Source of the DNA: Eledone cirrhosa
Taxonomy: Eukaryota
Direction: 5' to 3'
Assembly (NCBI GenBank): GCA_964016885.1
Contig: OZ024742.1
Coordinates: 212,970,001-213,034,000, forward strand
Length of the DNA stretch: 64,000 nt
The notes under the pieces are model-generated. The model did no database searches. It saw only the letters and a list, made by a program, of their open reading frames with translations, and was not told the origin of the DNA. Each line of letters opens with the position of its first letter. The first letter of the stretch is position 1. Below, piece after piece: positions 1 through 12,746 of this stretch. The position numbers and the translations under genes are program-made.

Positions 1-39
<39 letters not shown>
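1..39. repeat. (AC)n microsatellite
   Basis: Pure AC run at the window start. Confidence 0.95.
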
Positions 40-47
<8 letters not shown>

Positions 48-467
48 AGGTATGTACACCTTATCTGTATGTTTGTGCATGTACGTATATTTTATGTATG
101 TATATATGCATGTATGCGTTATAGGTGTATATATATGTATCGTTATTCTTGATTAAATATAAATAATTTTGTTGTTTATTTTAAGATTCACTTCTTTAAC
201 ATTTTCAAATGTCAACACTTCCGGTTAGCAATCGCTTAAATAAACATTCTTATATTTCCGTCACTAATTTTCTCCTAATGCAGTTTATATATAATGTCGT
301 CTTTTTTTAATGTATCATGGATTACGTTACTGTTTACATAAGACAGCGTAACGCAGGCTTCGTTCAATTTCTGTGGATATTGTCAATTACGATTTTATTT
401 GACGTATCATATCTACATGTATATATACTTGCGTATAATATCAATATGCACACTAAACATGCTAGCA

Positions 468-499
468 GAAAACCAACCGAAGGGTGGTTTTTCTCCTAG
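468..499 (+). mobile_element. Possible Helitron-type 3' terminus (hairpin + CTAG)
   Basis: aaaaccaacc-gaag-ggtggtttt stem-loop followed by CTAG|T at 496-500. No matching 5' end located. Confidence 0.4.
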
Positions 500-599
500 T
501 ATATATATTTACTTCTGCGTCAACAGATTGATATTTTTAGTTTCAGAAGATCCCGTTAAGAGTGAAAGCAGCGATTCTTTGCTTAAGCTATAATCTGCG

Positions 600-745
600 T
601 ATATATATGTGTGCATGTATATGTACGCGTGCGCGTGTTTGTGCGTATGTGTGTGTATGTGTATATGTATGTATGGGGTGTGTATACGCGTATGTATGTG
701 TATATATGTGTATATGTATGTGTGTGTATATATATATATATATGC

Positions 746-805
<60 letters not shown>

Positions 806-845
806 ATATTTGTGTGAGCGTATGTATATGTATGTGTATGTATGC
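600..845. repeat. Compound (TG)/(TA) microsatellite
   Basis: Alternating TG/TA runs; the source of spurious YIYI/VCVC ORFs. Confidence 0.95.
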
Positions 846-921
846 GTTGGCCCATTCTTATGCTCAGACGTAAATCTTAACTATACCTTAATGTTCGCAT
901 CATTATTTACTTTTACTATTA

Positions 922-2981
922 CTAGCTGACGTACCCAGCTTCGCCCGGGTAAACAGATGATAAGAGAAGACAGGTAAAAGAGAAAATGCCTGTATTGAAT
1001 GTTTGTCTGGTTAGAGTATGAGGCGAGTCCGTGGTGTCTGTGGAATACAAAAAACAGTAAAAGAAATCTTCCAGATATACCAGATTCTTCGTTGTACCGT
1101 TTGTGCATAGTATATGAACAATTGTAGGTGCTCCCACCTAGAATAGTGACCTATAGATCATTGCATAGACGTGGTTGTTTCACGTTTCTCAAAAGGATGA
1201 TGGAAGTTCCAATCTTTTTATATTATATTATATTACACTGACTAAGCCATGATTGCAAATCACGGATCAAATCACTTAACCTTTGCCGTTCAAGTTCAGT
1301 TATATTTCCAACCGATTCTGATATCCTCCTCCGATTCTGGATCATTAACGTAAATTTGAGCGAATCGAGGCCTCTCTCCTGGGGTAACTTCTAAATTACC
1401 GATACAATGATACAAACGGCCTTGAATGACTACATTCGGTTGCTATGCTCCACTCTCAAACATCTCACTAACTCTCTGCGATGCTAAATTGTTAATTTGC
1501 CGCGTATATTTGCGCAGTAATCTACCTCGGTCTCCTTGACCACCCCACATACTATTTTAAACTCCGGTGACTCCTCATCATCCGGCATTCGCAAGGGTTC
1601 TAGTTGAACTGCTCCTTTATGACAGCACATTGTGGTCCACGTCTTTTCGTGCCTCCAAAGCAATGCTCCACAATGTGGACACTCTGCTCGTCCACCAATC
1701 TGAAAATGACACGGTTGCCATGATCTATTATTAATATCATTCGTTCGCCTTCTAGCCTCTTTACTGGAATGAGGAGCACTTTGGCGACACATTCTCTGAA
1801 CTTCTGTAATGCGCTGGCGCTGTTCAGCCAGCTCCACTTCATCCATGGCAGCACGCCGTTGCTGCTGAATTCTGGCCATCTGCTGATGATGCTCAGCCAG
1901 TTCGTCTTCAACCATCGCAGCACGCCGTCGCTGCTTGACTCCAGTGTTTCGTTGGCGTTGTTCAGCCAGCTCCTCTTCATTCATGGCGGCACGTCTTCAC
2001 CTCTGAAGTTCGGCGTTCCGATGGCACTGTTCGGCCCGTTTTTCTTCATTGCTGGCTGCACGCCGTCGCCGCTGTAGTTCACTGTTTGATAAAGTCGAAT
2101 TGCTTTTATTATCAGTATTTATTTCGAGCAATTGTCAAAAAATGACACAATAATAAATATAAAAGATGTTCGGCAATCTAAAGAAAGGTCCCTATTTACT
2201 CCCTTCACAACTCTGTGTATGTTAGACTGACAGACAGGCACACAGATAGATAAACTGCGTGGCAATTGTGGAACGCCACACACATACACGCATCGAAACG
2301 CGCACACGAACGCAAACTTGCACACGCACACACTCACACATGTTGATAGTTTATACTTTCTGTGGAACGCTGCACGCACGCACACACACATAAACATACG
2401 CGCACGTACATACACACGCACACATGTTAATAGTTATTGCTTTCCTCCACCTCTTATTTCCACACAAATCACACACACACATGTCTCTACACTGACACAT
2501 ATACATAGTGTATAAAAAATGACACAATAATAAATATAAAAGATGTCCGTCAATGTAAAGAAAGGTCCCTATTTATTCCCTTCACAACTTTGTGTATGTT
2601 AGACTGACAGACAGGCAGAAAGACAGATAAACTGCGTGGCCATTGTGGAGCGCCACACACATACATGCATGGAAACGCGCACACGAACGCAAAGTTGCAC
2701 ACGCACACACTCACACATGTTGATAGTTTTTACTTTCTGTGGAACGCTGTACGCACGCACACACACATAAACATACGCTTACGTACATACACACGCACAC
2801 ATGTTAATAGATTTTGAACACAGCGTTCACACTCTCCCCTCTCACTCCCTCATTGGCATTATGCATATTAATTTCAGTTTGGCGTCATTGAGGTAGGCGG
2901 AGTCGTTTGAAACCTATGAACCAATGATAATCGAGAATTATGACACACGGAATACTGACGGTCTTCAAATTAATAAATAGA
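922..2981 (-). mobile_element. Helitron, internally deleted copy (tandem copy 1)
   Basis: Minus strand begins TCTATTTATT at 2981 and ends in hairpin acccgggcgaagctgggt followed by CTAG (925-922) then T. Near-identical to both ends of 2982-8894, with about 4.2 kb deleted at ~1235. A ~300 bp 5' segment is duplicated (~2135-2430 and ~2514-2810). Confidence 0.9.
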
Positions 2982-5900
2982 CTAGCTGATGTACCCAGCT
3001 TCGCCCGGGTAAAAAGATGATAAGAGAAGACAGGTAAAAGAGAAAATGACTGTATTGGATGTTTGTCTGGTTACAGTATGAGGCGAGTCCGTGTTGTCTG
3101 TGTGATACAAAAAACATCTTTCAGATATACCAGATTCTTCGTTGTACCGTTTGTGCATAGTATATGAACAATTCTAGGTGCTCCCACCTGGAATAGTGAC
3201 CTCTAGGAGATGGTTCATCTTCTGACTGACTGTAAAACGTGTATCATTGCATAGACGTGGTTGTTCCACGTTTCTCAAAAGGATGATGGAAGTTCCAATC
3301 TTTTATATTATATGTAGATATAGATATAGATAATTAATATAAAAGATGTCCGTCAATGTTAAAAAGGTCCCTATTTACCTGAAATGGTTTATGCAAATGC
3401 CAAATTAATATGGATATGGATAACATGCTTATCTATAATTGGTCAGCTATAATAATAAAACAACAAATTATATGGCACAAAAATTTATTCAGTAATTTCC
3501 AGGTCTTAGCCTCTGAGTAATAGACAGTCAATATTGCCCAGAGTTCAACTCGGGGAAGTGGCCTGGTTTGAACTCCAAATGGCGGATCCTTCTACTTCGA
3601 AAATAGAATCGTTTTTCAATATTACTCTAGCCCTGGCCGGCCATAGGCACCAAACCTTTTGCCAGACTCAGCATATGATGAGGTTTTATTACCACTGCAA
3701 TCAGAAGCGATAAATTTGAAGGAAATTTCTACCAATACTTGTTGGTTTTTATTGCTCATTATCGACAATAAATGACATTGAACATAAATGATAACTCTGT
3801 CAAAGCTCACAATACTGATGAAAGGAAACCAATGTCCGAATCATTTACGTCGCTTATTGATAGCATTAAAGATATGCATACATCAGCTCAAAGCTTCATT
3901 ATAGACAATATTCAGGGTTGTTCCTCTGTTAGTGGTATCAATTGCAAATTTTATACCATCAGGATCGCACACTCGAGATGCAGCAACATACAGTTGCCCA
4001 TGGCTGAATGCTGGATCATTCAAGTAGACACCGACTCGCTTGAAAGTCTGTCCCTGTGCCTTGTTGACAGTCATGGAGAAGGCCAAATTGACGGGAAACT
4101 CTCCTTTGCCAAATGAATGGCAGCAGATCTTCACTTGGTCTCAGCATGATCCTTGGAATGAGAACCGATTCCTCTCTGCCTGTGAGTTTAGTTTCTAAAA
4201 CTCTTCCGTTAATCAATCTCTCAACAATCAATCTGGTACCATTGCAAAGACCCATTTTATGATTGATATTTCTAAGCAATATAATCGACATACCCTTTTT
4301 CAACCTCAAAATATGTGGGGGAAATCCGGGTATTTGAAGTGAATTCAGATACTCAGTCGGAACATCCATATTGTTCTGATGATTAGGCTCCATTGCATCC
4401 GCACTGACGGTCAAGTATTCCTCTCCAGGAAATATTCCGGCTACTTGTGAATTTATTTCATCGACCATTGCATTCGTATGAGTTAGAATAACGCGTTCCG
4501 ATATCCAGGAGATATTCTGCCAAAAAGCATTCAAATTAGGGAACACCCAGTCAATCAATGCTTGGCGGTCCAGTGGCATGACCAAATGGTCTGGGATTCT
4601 TACAGACTGATTATCACCAACGTGTGGAAATTCATCGTTTCCCAACTGCATCAACCATCGGCCGTATGTCTCAGCCTCTTCGTTTTGCGCGAACATACGA
4701 AGTCGCATATTATCGTGTAATCGCAAAACTCTGAAATGGCGACACAACGGGGACTTTTTCAGACACGCATCGACAATTTGCGCTCTTTGAGCATTCCTAA
4801 CAATTGGTAGCACCTGTCTGAAATCGCCACCAAGAACTATAGTCTTACCACCGAATGGCAGGTCACTACCGCAGATATCTCTCAGAGTTCTGTCCAATGC
4901 CTCCAGCAAATATCTGTGTGCCATTGGAGCCTCGTCCCAAATAATCAGAGACGTATTGCGTATAAGGCCCGCGAGTTCACTTTGTCCTGTAATGTTACAG
5001 ACACTCAACTCATCTAGAGCCAATGGAGCCTTGAAGCATGAGTGGAAGGTCCTTCCACCACTCAGCAAAGTGGCAGCGATCCCACTGGTGGCCACAGGGA
5101 GAGCAATCTTCCTCTGAGCTCTGACTGCCGATAACATAGTGTTGAAACAGAATGTCTTTCCGGTGCCTCCTGGAGCATCTATGAAAGCACAAAGTTGCTC
5201 ATTAGTGGAAATAGAGTGGAGAACGCCATCGACCAATTCTCTCTGAGATTGGGTCAACATTGGCATACGTTCATCCACAATACGTTGCTGTTCCAGTGGA
5301 TCAAACTGGAATAGTTCCCTTCGATCGAGTGGCAACCGTCTAAGCTGCAATCTCATGTTCAATGCTAAGACACGTTGCCGGATTTCTTCATCAGGAATTG
5401 GCAAATTGAAATCTCTTAAACATTTCAAATGAACTTCAAGCAGTTGCTCAATATTGAGCAAAACAATAGCTTTGATCAAATTTTCATCATCAACCTGAAG
5501 AGGATGCCTAAAATCATCAGCCATAATTCCCCAATGGCGTTCAAATAACTCTCTTGGATCGGCAGGACTGCAGAATCCTAGAATCGTGACAAAAAACTGC
5601 CTTATTTGAGCTGGCATCTGTGTTGTTCCTGCAGCTTCCATGGCGTTATTCCATTCAGCGTCATCCTGAAGGAGTCCCAGATGTTGACACACAGCCTGGT
5701 ATGTTTCATATTCCACGCCATTGATTGTTTTCAAATCAGCGAAGCTCTGTTTACCTCTAGAAAAATCACTATGCAACAGAATTCGGAGATAAAACCCATC
5801 ACTAGATGCTGGATGGACATTACAAACCCGTCCAATAGTAATGAATCTCAACTTTTGTTTTCTATCATTCCATTTCTTTCCCTTCTTATCCCACGTATAG

Positions 5901-8894
5901 TGCGAAGGGAAATCGCAGTAGAGTTGCCTTTGATCCAGGTTCAAAGCATGTTCCCTATTGTGCTTGACCCACTCAGCCAATTCCGTCGTAGGAGGTGGTG
6001 CGTTAGCAATTCTTTCGACACCTCTTCTAGTATCCTGAAAACAGACCATTTGCCTATTCTCTAAGTGAACCGTCAGTTTCTGACACTGAGTTTGCGTTCA
6101 TTGAGATGAAAATCGAACAATCTCCAGCAAGCTTCGCTAGATCCAATCGAGCGAACATCCTGGAACCTGCCAACTTCATCTCCTTGGTTCGCTTCCTCAT
6201 TCCTGACATTGATCATTGCCCGATCATGACCTTTGTAAACATATTTGAATAGATATTTGCAAGCTTTCACTGAGCTACAAATTTCCACATTAATATGACA
6301 ACCATATTTCATAATCAAATATGGATTGTATAGCACAACCCATTGATTTGTAACCTGTCGACCGTTTACATTTTCTACTAAACCGCATTCTGTATGAGGG
6401 ATGAGCATCTCCATCGTTCCAGGAAGTGTTCGTGACAAATGATTTCGGAAAGTGCTTACTTTTTCATGCAAGGCGCTTTCCGATTTGCCACTCAGCATTG
6501 GTTGTGCACCATTGACTTTGCCACCAAGTTGCGCAGTGCCTCATTCTCCGGCAGTTCAGCACACACAATGCTGTCGACATCCTCAGCACGTCTCAATTTG
6601 CAATCTCTATGTAAAATGATCAGAAAATGTGCATGTGGCAATCCTCTTTTTTGGAATTCAATTACGTATGTAAAAGGAACTATACTTCCAAAGATTCCCT
6701 CATTTTCAACATCATCCATTATCTTTTTCAGATATCCTTTGAATACTCTTGCCACAATATCAGGACGGTGCTTTGGCTGTTGTCCTGGAAAAAGTGCATC
6801 TTTAATATCAGTCCATTCAGGATTGCATGTAACCGTTATAAACAAATCTGGCTTTACAAACTTTCTGACAATAGCCATTGCATCCTGATAGCGAATGTTC
6901 ATATATCTTGGGCCGCCGATGAACGACGATGGCAAAATGATGCGTCGACCAATTTGCTTGTAATTGGCATCATCGGCTGTTATCGCATCCTGTATATTAT
7001 TATACAATTCAGCTCTGATATGTTGCTGATGTGTAGCTATATAATTTAGCCTTTGATTTTCGATCTTTGCGAATGCCATACAACAGCATTCCTGGAACAA
7101 TCTGCTGGCTTGAAATAGCGCATTTCTCTGTTGATTCCTCTCGTTCAAATGGAACGCGTAAAAGTCGCGAATCGAATTATTGTGTCTATTGCCACCTCCC
7201 TGTTGATGCTGATTCTCATGATCATCTAAATGAACAGACATGTTCCATCCATTTTCACCTTTTGGGAATAAAAGAACATAATGCAATGGATCGTATGCCC
7301 TATTTGACTCATTGATAGTCTTGAGACCACCATCTCTGCGATTGAGGACGATATCTCTCGATCTAGGCTTATCGTCCATGAACACAGCAACTTCACGAAA
7401 TCCTTCAGGGGCATTATATCGCCGTTCGTGTTGATTCCTTGGCACTAAGTCAGCCTTAATTATCAATGTTTGCTGCTGAACATTTTGCAGTTCAGCCACC
7501 AACATGAAATCCATAACATAAGGATTACACTGACTAAGCCATGATTGCAAATCACAGATCAAATCACTTAACCTTTGCCGTTCAAGTTCAGTTATATTTC
7601 CCGGCAACTTCATCCAACCGATCCTGATATCCTCCTCCGATTCACTATAATCTGGATGGTTAACGTAAATTTGAGCGAATCGAGGCCTCTCTCCTGGGGT
7701 AACTTCTAAATTACCGATACAATGATACAAACGGCCTTGAATGACTACATTCGGTTGCTATGCTCCACTCTCAAACATCTCACTAACTCTCTGCGATGCT
7801 AAAGCTAATGAATTGTTAATTTGCCGCGAATATTTGCGCAGTAATCTACCTCGGTCTCCTTGATCACCCCACATACTTACTATTTTAAACTCCGGTGACT
7901 CCTCATCATCCGGCATTCGCAAGGGTTCTAGTTGAACTGCTCCTTTATGACAGCACATTGTGGTCCACGTCTTTTCGTGCCTCCAAAGCAATGCTCCACA
8001 ATGTGGACACTCTGCTCGTCCACCAATCTGAAAATGACACGGTTGCCATGATCTATTATTAATATCATTCGTTCGCCTTCTAGCCTCTTTACTGGAATGA
8101 GGAGCACTTTGGCGACACATTCTATGAACTTCTGTAATGCGCTGACGCTGTTCAGCCAGCTCCTCTTCATCCATGGCAGCACGCCGTTGCTGCTGAATTC
8201 TGGCCATCTGCTGATGATGCTCAGCCAGTTCGTCTTCAACCATCGCAGCACGCCGTCGCTGCTTGACTCCAGTGTTTCGTTGGCGTTGTTCAGCCAGCTC
8301 CTCTTCATTCATGGCGGCACGTCTTCACCTCTGAAGTTCGGCGTTCCGATGGCGCTGTTCGGCCCGTTTTTCTTCATTGCTGGCTGCACGGCGTCGCCGC
8401 TGTAGTTCACTGTTTGATAAAGTCGAATTGCTTTTATTATCAGTATTCATTTCGAGCAATTGTCAAAAAATGACACAATAATAAATATAAAAGATGTTCG
8501 GCAATCTAAAGAAAGGTCCCTATTTACTCCCTTCACAACTCTGTGGATGTTAGACAGACAGGCACACAGACAGATAAACTGCGTGGCGATTGTGGAACGC
8601 TACACATATACATGCATGGAAACGCGCACACGCACGCAAACTTACACACGCACACACTCACACATGTTGATAGTTTTTACTTTCTGTGGAACGCTGCACG
8701 CACACACACATAAACATACGCGCACGTACATACACACGCACACATGTTAATAGTTCACTCCTTCATTGGCATTATGCATATTAATTTCAGTTTAGCATCG
8801 TTGAGGTGGGCGGAGTCGTTTGAAACCTATGAACCAATGATAATCGAGAATTATGACACACGGAATACTGACGTTCTTGAAATTAATAAATAGA
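2982..8894 (-). mobile_element. Full-length Helitron (tandem copy 2)
   Basis: A|TC 5' end at 8894; subterminal hairpin and CTAG 3' end at 2982; encodes RepHel. Confidence 0.95.
3883..8450 (-). pseudogene. Helitron Rep/PIF1 helicase (RepHel), disrupted by stops and frameshifts
   Basis: Likely ATG at 8450; Zn finger CPHC..CC; Rep motifs FITVTCNPEW, EFQKRGLPHAH (HUH), KYLFKYVYKG; PIF1 motifs APGGTGKT, IIWDEAPM, GGDFRQVLP, GLCNGTRL, TVNKAQGQT, FSHGQLYVAASRV, spread over ORFs 7758-8312, 6492-7730, 6073-6498, 4016-6049 and 3883-4134. Confidence 0.95.
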
Positions 8895-9268
8895 TATTAA
8901 TAACATCTGTCATTTTCGTTTAACAATTTTATTTACATTATTCTTAAACTCCGGAGCTGAAGATCATTCGGTTATTCTAAATAGAATATTAGTCTAACGA
9001 CTCCTTTTATACAATATATGTGCTTTTGTCTTTGCAAGAAATTGTTCCTCTCGATTCGCATAACGACGTAATTATTCTCGCTTTCCCGCCCCGTTCATTG
9101 CCAGGGAACGTCTTCATGAACCAAAGTATCGTCTTCCTGTTTTCCTTCGGTTTTAACGTTTTTCGAAATTTTTACTTCTGCGTCCACAGATTGAATTTTT
9201 TAGTTTCAGAAGATCCCGTTAAGGGTGAAAGCAGCGATTATTTACTTAAACTTTTATATGTTCTTATA

Positions 9269-9269
<1 letters not shown>

Positions 9270-9327
<58 letters not shown>

Positions 9328-9343
9328 ATATATATATATTATA

Positions 9344-9387
<44 letters not shown>

Positions 9388-9401
9388 TATAATATATATA
9401 T

Positions 9402-9449
<48 letters not shown>

Positions 9450-9465
9450 ATATATATATATTATA

Positions 9466-9502
<37 letters not shown>

Positions 9503-9575
9503 ATATATATATATATATTGTATATATATATATATATTGTATATATATATATATGTATTGTATATATATATATAT

Positions 9576-9631
<56 letters not shown>
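9270..9631. repeat. Long interrupted (TA)n microsatellite
   Basis: About 360 bp TA tract. Confidence 0.95.
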
Positions 9632-9635
<4 letters not shown>

Positions 9636-9768
9636 TTAAGGATACTATTTATAGTTATGTATATTTTAAACTATAATCAGGGAAGGTCAGTAATTTATTA
9701 CTACCTTATTACCAGTAAGATAAATACCTCAATGTAAGAATATCAGTTGTTCTACAGAGCAGTAATAT

Positions 9769-10165
9769 AGAATTCACAAGAATCAAAGCTATGTTCAAAG
9801 CGTTTATTCACTTATAATTGTTTCATCCAAACCTAGGCTTGAAGTCTTCGGACCATTTTTTAATGCTTGTACATATAATTGACCTCCTATCCAACGCAAG
9901 AGACATATAGATACATATATAGATATATTGATGTACAGTGGAGTGACATATATTATACTATACTATATTTGTATAGCAAATTTAGTATAGTATAATATAT
10001 GTCACTCCTCTGTACATCAACATGTATCTGTATGTCTCTTGCGTTGGATAGGAGGTCAATTATATGTACAAGCATTAAAAAATGTTCCGAAGACTCCAAG
10101 CCTAGGTTTGGATGAAACAATTGTAAGTGAATAAACGCTTTGAACATAGCTTTGATTCTTGTGAA

Positions 10166-10169
<4 letters not shown>
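9769..10169. repeat. ~400 bp near-perfect palindrome, probably inverted Penelope-like pseudo-LTRs
   Basis: Arms are reverse complements centred on tatag (9972-9976). The right arm has CCGAAGA..stem..GAAACAATTGTA, a degenerate hammerhead-like motif (10087-10125), mirrored in the left arm. Confidence 0.8.
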
Positions 10170-10199
<30 letters not shown>

Positions 10200-10201
10200 T
10201 G

Positions 10202-10258
<57 letters not shown>

Positions 10259-10262
<4 letters not shown>

Positions 10263-10998
10263 AAGGTATATATTGAGTTAGAAACTGAAAATAGTCTCTT
10301 ACAATAAAATAGCTCTAAGAAAGAGATTTTTCCGAGCCGTATATTATAATTGAATATACACAGATGTATACATATATGTGTTCAAATCGCAAGGGATCAG
10401 ATTCGCTAAGGTGAAAAGAATACTATACATATATGTGTTCAAATCGTAAGGGACCAGATTCGCTAAGGTGAAAAGAATACTAACTATAGACAATAGGGTT
10501 TGACAGACTCAATTTAAGAATAAATCAAGAAAATGAATACAAACCGGAATTGTGGTAACTACCAATCACCCAGGCAGCTTTGGTAATGCTGTTTCGCAAA
10601 ATTAATTATGAAGAGGAATACCAAATCTTGCTCATCAGTGGGTGAAGAATTAGTATCCTGGACACTTCTAAGTATATAAAAAAACTGAATAGTGTGCGTA
10701 TATATAATAACGCACGTGGTATCTGAACTTAGCGTGTCTCACAAACTCACACCACTAAAAATAGCAGCCAGGTTTACTCGACATTTGAATTAGCTCAACA
10801 AATTAAGGGAGCCGAATATCAAAGGTATATATTGAGTTAGAAACTCAAAATAGTCTCTTACAATAAAATAGCTCCAGGAAAAAGATTTTTCCGAGCCGTA
10901 TATTATAATTGAATATAAAAGAAAAACGAACACAGATATGTGTTCAAATCGTAAGGGACCAGATTCGCTAAGGTGAAAAGAATACTAACTATAGACAT
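10259..10998 (-). mobile_element. Direct-repeat element (period 559 bp) carrying a hammerhead; retrozyme/Penelope-like
   Basis: caaaggtatatattgagttagaaac.. at 10261 and 10820; internal 57-bp duplication; hammerhead lies between the repeats. Confidence 0.6.
10566..10645 (-). ncRNA. Type I hammerhead ribozyme fold with non-canonical GCC cleavage triplet
   Basis: Minus strand: UCACCCA-CUGAUGA-GCAAGAUU(20-nt loop)AAUUUUGC-GAAA-CAGC(9-nt loop)GCUG-CC-UGGGUGA. Stems I (7 bp), II (8 bp) and III (4 bp) all pair. Confidence 0.8.
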
Positions 10999-11738
10999 AT
11001 ACATATTGTATTTGATCAATTATACAACAAAACCATAAATGATGTGCACATATTTTATTGAATAGTATTGAATGTTGGTCTGAATATTGTGCTGCTGCGA
11101 CGAACAAATTGCCCATAAAAACATTCTTAGAACCTACAAATAATATAAAAATTAAATTTTTTAACGTGAAAAGAAACAAAGGCAACTTTATCGAGTTTAT
11201 ATACGACTGGCTAAAGGATAAATAGAAGCAGATTATATCCTGCTAACATTGTTAAATTGCATTCTTTGGAAATACACTTAAACCTCAGTAATCTACACCT
11301 AGATGTAAATCCTCATCAAGGTAGAAAGGATACAGTTGACCACAGTAATTTGTAGAAATTCAGTATAATTAAAGGGTGCTTTGTGCTTCATAATACTGAA
11401 GAAGTTATTTTGTGGTTATTCTACTTGTTAGAAATAATAGCCAAATCCTTTCCATATCCCACTCACCGTCTTAAAAAGGGAAATAATTATTGGATAATGC
11501 ACTCCTAGATATGCCCGCTGAACAAAACATGGAATGACCGTAACTGGAACACCTTTAATCAAAGATCAATCAGAGATAGCCCGAGTCAAAAGAAATTTGC
11601 AATAAAATATCTCACGGATTTAAGCTAGATAGAAATAGTTTTCATTAGGATGAATTTGTAATAAACATATCAAAACCAAAGACCCAAATGACTATGAGAT
11701 GTTCATAAACAGTCAATAAACTACGCGATAATTTACTG

Positions 11739-12738
11739 ACATGGCCCCAGAGTTCGAACAGGCTCTGGCCAAGTGGACAGGCGAAGGTCTCTCAGACGAA
11801 GGCCCCCCCCCCCAGTATACAAATGTCCAACGTAACTGGGACGACATCAAATGTAGGTCTTCTTTCAGGCGAATGGAGTTTGGCTTGGACCAACACCACC
11901 CCGCCTGCCTTCGCTCCGCTTCATAGCCAAACAGCGGCGTGTGGATCAATTCGGTGCCCTCCTCATTAACCGGTACCATTCTTGATGATGAATGCATTCG
12001 CATTGTGTGGCCCAACGCTTCGGCCTCTGCGTGTGTGAGCCACATAAATGCCACTGTGGGGATGTCGTTGATGAGTTTGGCCTGCACTTACTGTCATGCC
12101 GCCAGAGCTCAGGCCGGTTCCCCCGACATGCGACACGCAACGGCATATTGAGAAGGATCCTGGATGCAGCTGGATTCCCATCAAAACTGGAGCCAGCTGG
12201 TCTCGACCGCGGAGACGGCAAGCGTCCCAATGGAATTACCTTCTTTCCATTCGAAGGAGGTAGATCCCTCATCTGAGACGCCACATGTTTTGATACGTTC
12301 TCCGTCTCCAGCTTAGTCGCTTCGACCACAAACCCCGGTACTGCGGCCTGCAGTGCAGAAGAAAGGAAGATAAACAAATAACGGGGTTGTCCGGCTGCGT
12401 CCTCTTCGCATCGGTCACCGTCGAGACCACACGCGTACTAGGACTCCGTACTGCCGAGCTCCTCCGCAAGATTAGAACATCAGCAGCCCATCTGAGGAAG
12501 GAGCTCTTCGAGGTGGGATGGCTATTGCAGCGGGTGTCGTTGGCCATTGTCCGCAGGAATACTTTTGCGGACTTGTGCGTGGAGCGCAGCCCCAATACCG
12601 CCGCGTTCTAGTCCTAGAGCCCATCATCTTCCCCTCCCCCTCCCATTCTTCTGTGACTCTAGAGCCCTTGCTTTTCCCTTCCTTTTCCGTTTTCATAACC
12701 ACAAAATGACACTTGCAATTTTTACAATAAAACCTTTT
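11739..12738 (+). mobile_element. 5'-truncated CRE-like non-LTR retrotransposon (RLE endonuclease end)
   Basis: CHCG..HLLSC zinc knuckle, RH..N, LEPAGLDRGDGKRPNGIT..*DATC, WLLQRVSLAIVRRN. 10-bp TSD taatttactg at 11729-11738 and 12739-12748. Confidence 0.8.
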
Positions 12739-12746
12739 TAATTTAC

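Noticed and set aside
562-929. ORFs rich in YI/VC/HT (also at 9020, 22569, 28670, 45233, 54542)
   Set aside because: Translations of di- and tetranucleotide microsatellites.
4016-6049. Host PIF1 helicase gene
   Set aside because: Intronless, joined to a HUH Rep domain and enclosed by Helitron termini.
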